A DNA stretch of 39,176 nucleotides, taken from Anaerolineae bacterium (GTDB lineage: Bacteria > Chloroflexota > Anaerolineae > DUEN01). Position 1 is the stretch's first letter, and every line of letters starts with the position of its first letter. Shown here one piece after another: positions 37,424 through 39,176 of the stretch. The translations under genes and the position numbers were made by a program. A model generated the notes under the pieces. It saw only the letters and a list, made by a program, of their open reading frames with translations, searched no databases and was not told where the DNA came from. The DNA lies in contig DAOUBB010000023.1 of NCBI GenBank assembly GCA_034432955.1, forward strand, positions 1-39,176, in the 5' to 3' direction.

Positions 37424-39176
37424 CTAGCGCTTGTCTCGCACCGGGAAATAGACGGTGTATCGCTCATCGCGCACCTCATACAGAGGGATGAACCGTAAGC
37501 CGCGCTCCTGATGAATCGTCCGGTAGCGATGCAGCCAGTAGTCCCATTCCCGCTCATTGTCCGGCGCCAGGATCGTCTCTGGGGTGTGGATGTCCCCGTA
37601 CAACGTCCTCTCCTCATCACAGAGCCCGGCTAACACGACGGGGCCATCCATGAAAGCCACCATGTCGGGCCAATCGGGCAGCGGGCAAACGGTTAACCGC
37701 TTGGGCAGTTCTACGTCGATCGTGTCCTGGCCCCCTACCCGCCGGAGGCTGACGAAGCTGGAAGGCGTGGCTTGAACGCGTTCGGGTGTGCCGTTCACCG
37801 CCACCACCGGCTCACCGCTGAGCCACCAGGGCAGCCGGATCTTCAGCACAAACTCGACAGGCCGTTCAGCGGCGATGGTCAGGCGGAAGGCTAAGCAGCG
37901 CGGTCGTCGCGTCTCTGTGGTGCGCGAGTCCAGGATCTGTGTGATCTTCACCCGAGTCCCCAAGCGTTCCCAGGCCACCTCAGTGGGGATGTACTGACAG
38001 ACCACCAGTCCGTCCTCGTCTTCGAAGTAGACGCTGCTGGTGTAGAACGAGGCATGGGCCTGTACCAGAGTGCCATGGCAACACCAGAAGTCCTCAGTGG
38101 GCGTGCCCCATCGCTTGACTCCGCCCGCTTGCAAGGGGAGGAAATAGGTGACCATCCCCGTCTCCGGATGCTGTTGGGCCAGGATCCCGTTGTACAGGTT
38201 GCGTTCCCAATAGTCAGCATAGGAGACGTCGCCTGTCCAACGCAGCAAGTACTCCGCCAGCCGCATCATGTTGTAGACGACGCAATGCTCCTGGTTCTTG
38301 TCCCCCAGGCGAGCGGAAAGCTCTCCGGGAGGGGTCCACACCTCGCCACACGTCTGGCCGCCCGTGCAGTAGAACCCGCGTTCGGTGACGGCCTGGCGCC
38401 AATAGGCCTCCACAATCTCTCGCCAGCGCTTTTCACCAGTGACTTCCCAGGCCCGCGCGGCTCCTTGCACCTCTGGGATGGTGGTGTTGGCATGCCGGTT
38501 GGTTAGGACATCTTCGCCTGCCAATAGCCGATTAAAGAAGTGAGGGCGATCGTACCGGCGCATCAGCTCGAGGTGCGCTTCCTTCCGGGTGACGCTGTAG
38601 AGGTTAGCCCACACCTCCAACATCCCGCCCGTCTCCACATCGAGGATGTCGTCCATCTGTTGACGGGTGAACTGGCCGGTCCAGCGGTGGAACCAGTTGG
38701 CCCACTTGATCAATATGCTGAGGGCTTGCTCGTTGCCCGTCAGCGCGAACATATCATAGAGGCCCATCAAGGTCTTGTGGACGGTGTAATGAGGAGCCCA
38801 TACTCGCTTTCCTCGAACGATCCAGTCCAGATACTTCTCCGGGATAGGTCCTGCCCATTCGCCTCCGTTCTCCTGCTGACAGCGGCCGAGCTCTGCCACG
38901 ATGCGGTCCGCTTTGGCTTTGACCTCGGCATCACCGGTGACCGCATAGATATGGGCCGCGGCCGATAGCCAATGGCCCAGAAAATGTCCCCGAAGCTGGC
39001 AGGTCGGCGATTCCCAACCCCAGTGGATGTCCTCCGGGCGTTGGCGTAGCTCCCAAAGCCCTGCCTCCAGGTAGTAACTGGACTCTGGCGAAAATGTAAC
39101 TTGAGCACGGGACGTCTCCTGAGTAGAATAGGCGAAAAGCCATTCTACCGGTTCCAACAGGAGGTCATCCCATGCT
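37424..39176 (-). CDS. Glycoside hydrolase family 127 (DUF1680; beta-L-arabinofuranosidase HypBA1-like). The 5' end is probably truncated by the window edge.
   Basis: E-x-C (QEHCVV) and CC (FWCCHG) motifs matching the HypBA1 Zn/catalytic Glu-Cys-Cys-Cys constellation. The reading frame stays open to the window edge beyond the TTG at 39157. Confidence 0.65.
   Translation of the reverse strand, partial: AWDDLLLEPVEWLFAYSTQETSRAQVTFSPESSYYLEAGLWELRQRPEDIHWGWESPTCQLRGHFLGHWLSAAAHIYAVTGDAEVKAKADRIVAELGRCQQENGGEWAGPIPEKYLDWIVRGKRVWAPHYTVHKTLMGLYDMFALTGNEQALSILIKWANWFHRWTGQFTRQQMDDILDVETGGMLEVWANLYSVTRKEAHLELMRRYDRPHFFNRLLAGEDVLTNRHANTTIPEVQGAARAWEVTGEKRWREIVEAYWRQAVTERGFYCTGGQTCGEVWTPPGELSARLGDKNQEHCVVYNMMRLAEYLLRWTGDVSYADYWERNLYNGILAQQHPETGMVTYFLPLQAGGVKRWGTPTEDFWCCHGTLVQAHASFYTSSVYFEDEDGLVVCQYIPTEVAWERLGTRVKITQILDSRTTETRRPRCLAFRLTIAAERPVEFVLKIRLPWWLSGEPVVAVNGTPERVQATPSSFVSLRRVGGQDTIDVELPKRLTVCPLPDWPDMVAFMDGPVVLAGLCDEERTLYGDIHTPETILAPDNEREWDYWLHRYRTIHQERGLRFIPLYEVRDERYTVYFPVRDKR

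Noticed and set aside
39150-39176. Plus-strand AGGAGG-N6-ATG at the very end of the window, suggesting a new + strand gene.
   Set aside because: Only one codon lies within the window. The same bases are within the still-open minus-strand reading frame of the GH127 gene. It cannot be supported from this window.

Overview
This is a high-GC (~65%) bacterial chromosomal window carrying about 33 protein-coding genes. Pro/Thr-rich linkers, Tat-lipoprotein binding proteins and the GH127 and CBM9-like genes suggest a Chloroflexota-like organism, but that is only an inference. I see no rRNA, tRNA or CRISPR arrays and no transposase or integrase.

Gene content from left to right:
- A cupredoxin-like small membrane protein on the + strand.
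- A minus-strand operon: peptide/nickel-type ABC importer (binding protein, OppB, OppC, OppD, OppF), then a hydantoinase/oxoprolinase-family ATPase, then two tandem DUF917 paralogs.
- A divergent plus-strand block: membrane-anchored clan GH-A (GH5-like) hydrolase, GalE-type epimerase, and a C-terminally truncated GT4 glycosyltransferase.
- A multi-TM SPFH/band-7 protein, a small overlapping hypothetical ORF, and PsuG.
- A long co-directional minus-strand run: Lhr helicase, RluA pseudouridine synthase, a full-length eRF1/aRF1-like protein whose GGQ motif reads GGW, a membrane-anchored PT-linker/CBM9-like protein, a PNPOx-like protein, and ClpC.
- MoaC followed by a MoaD-MoaE fusion.
- tdk, then rpmE (with a C-terminal extension), rpmA and rplU.
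- A FAH-family hydrolase and an orphan DUF2344 (TIGR03936) gene.
- A lower-GC sugar locus: two ABC permeases, a sugar binding protein and a GH127 beta-L-arabinofuranosidase-like gene.

The most unusual unexplained signal is a ~101-bp near-identical (99/101) direct repeat at 1-101 and 22936-23036. It contains three local hairpins, and one of the two differences preserves a stem as a G-U wobble. Other points worth a second look:
- The GGW eRF1 homolog.
- The DUF917/hydantoinase/Opp catabolic module.
- A microsatellite-like insertion in one DUF917 paralog.
- A truncated glycosyltransferase abutting an AT-rich extended -10 promoter.
- Stacked stem-loops after both binding-protein genes.
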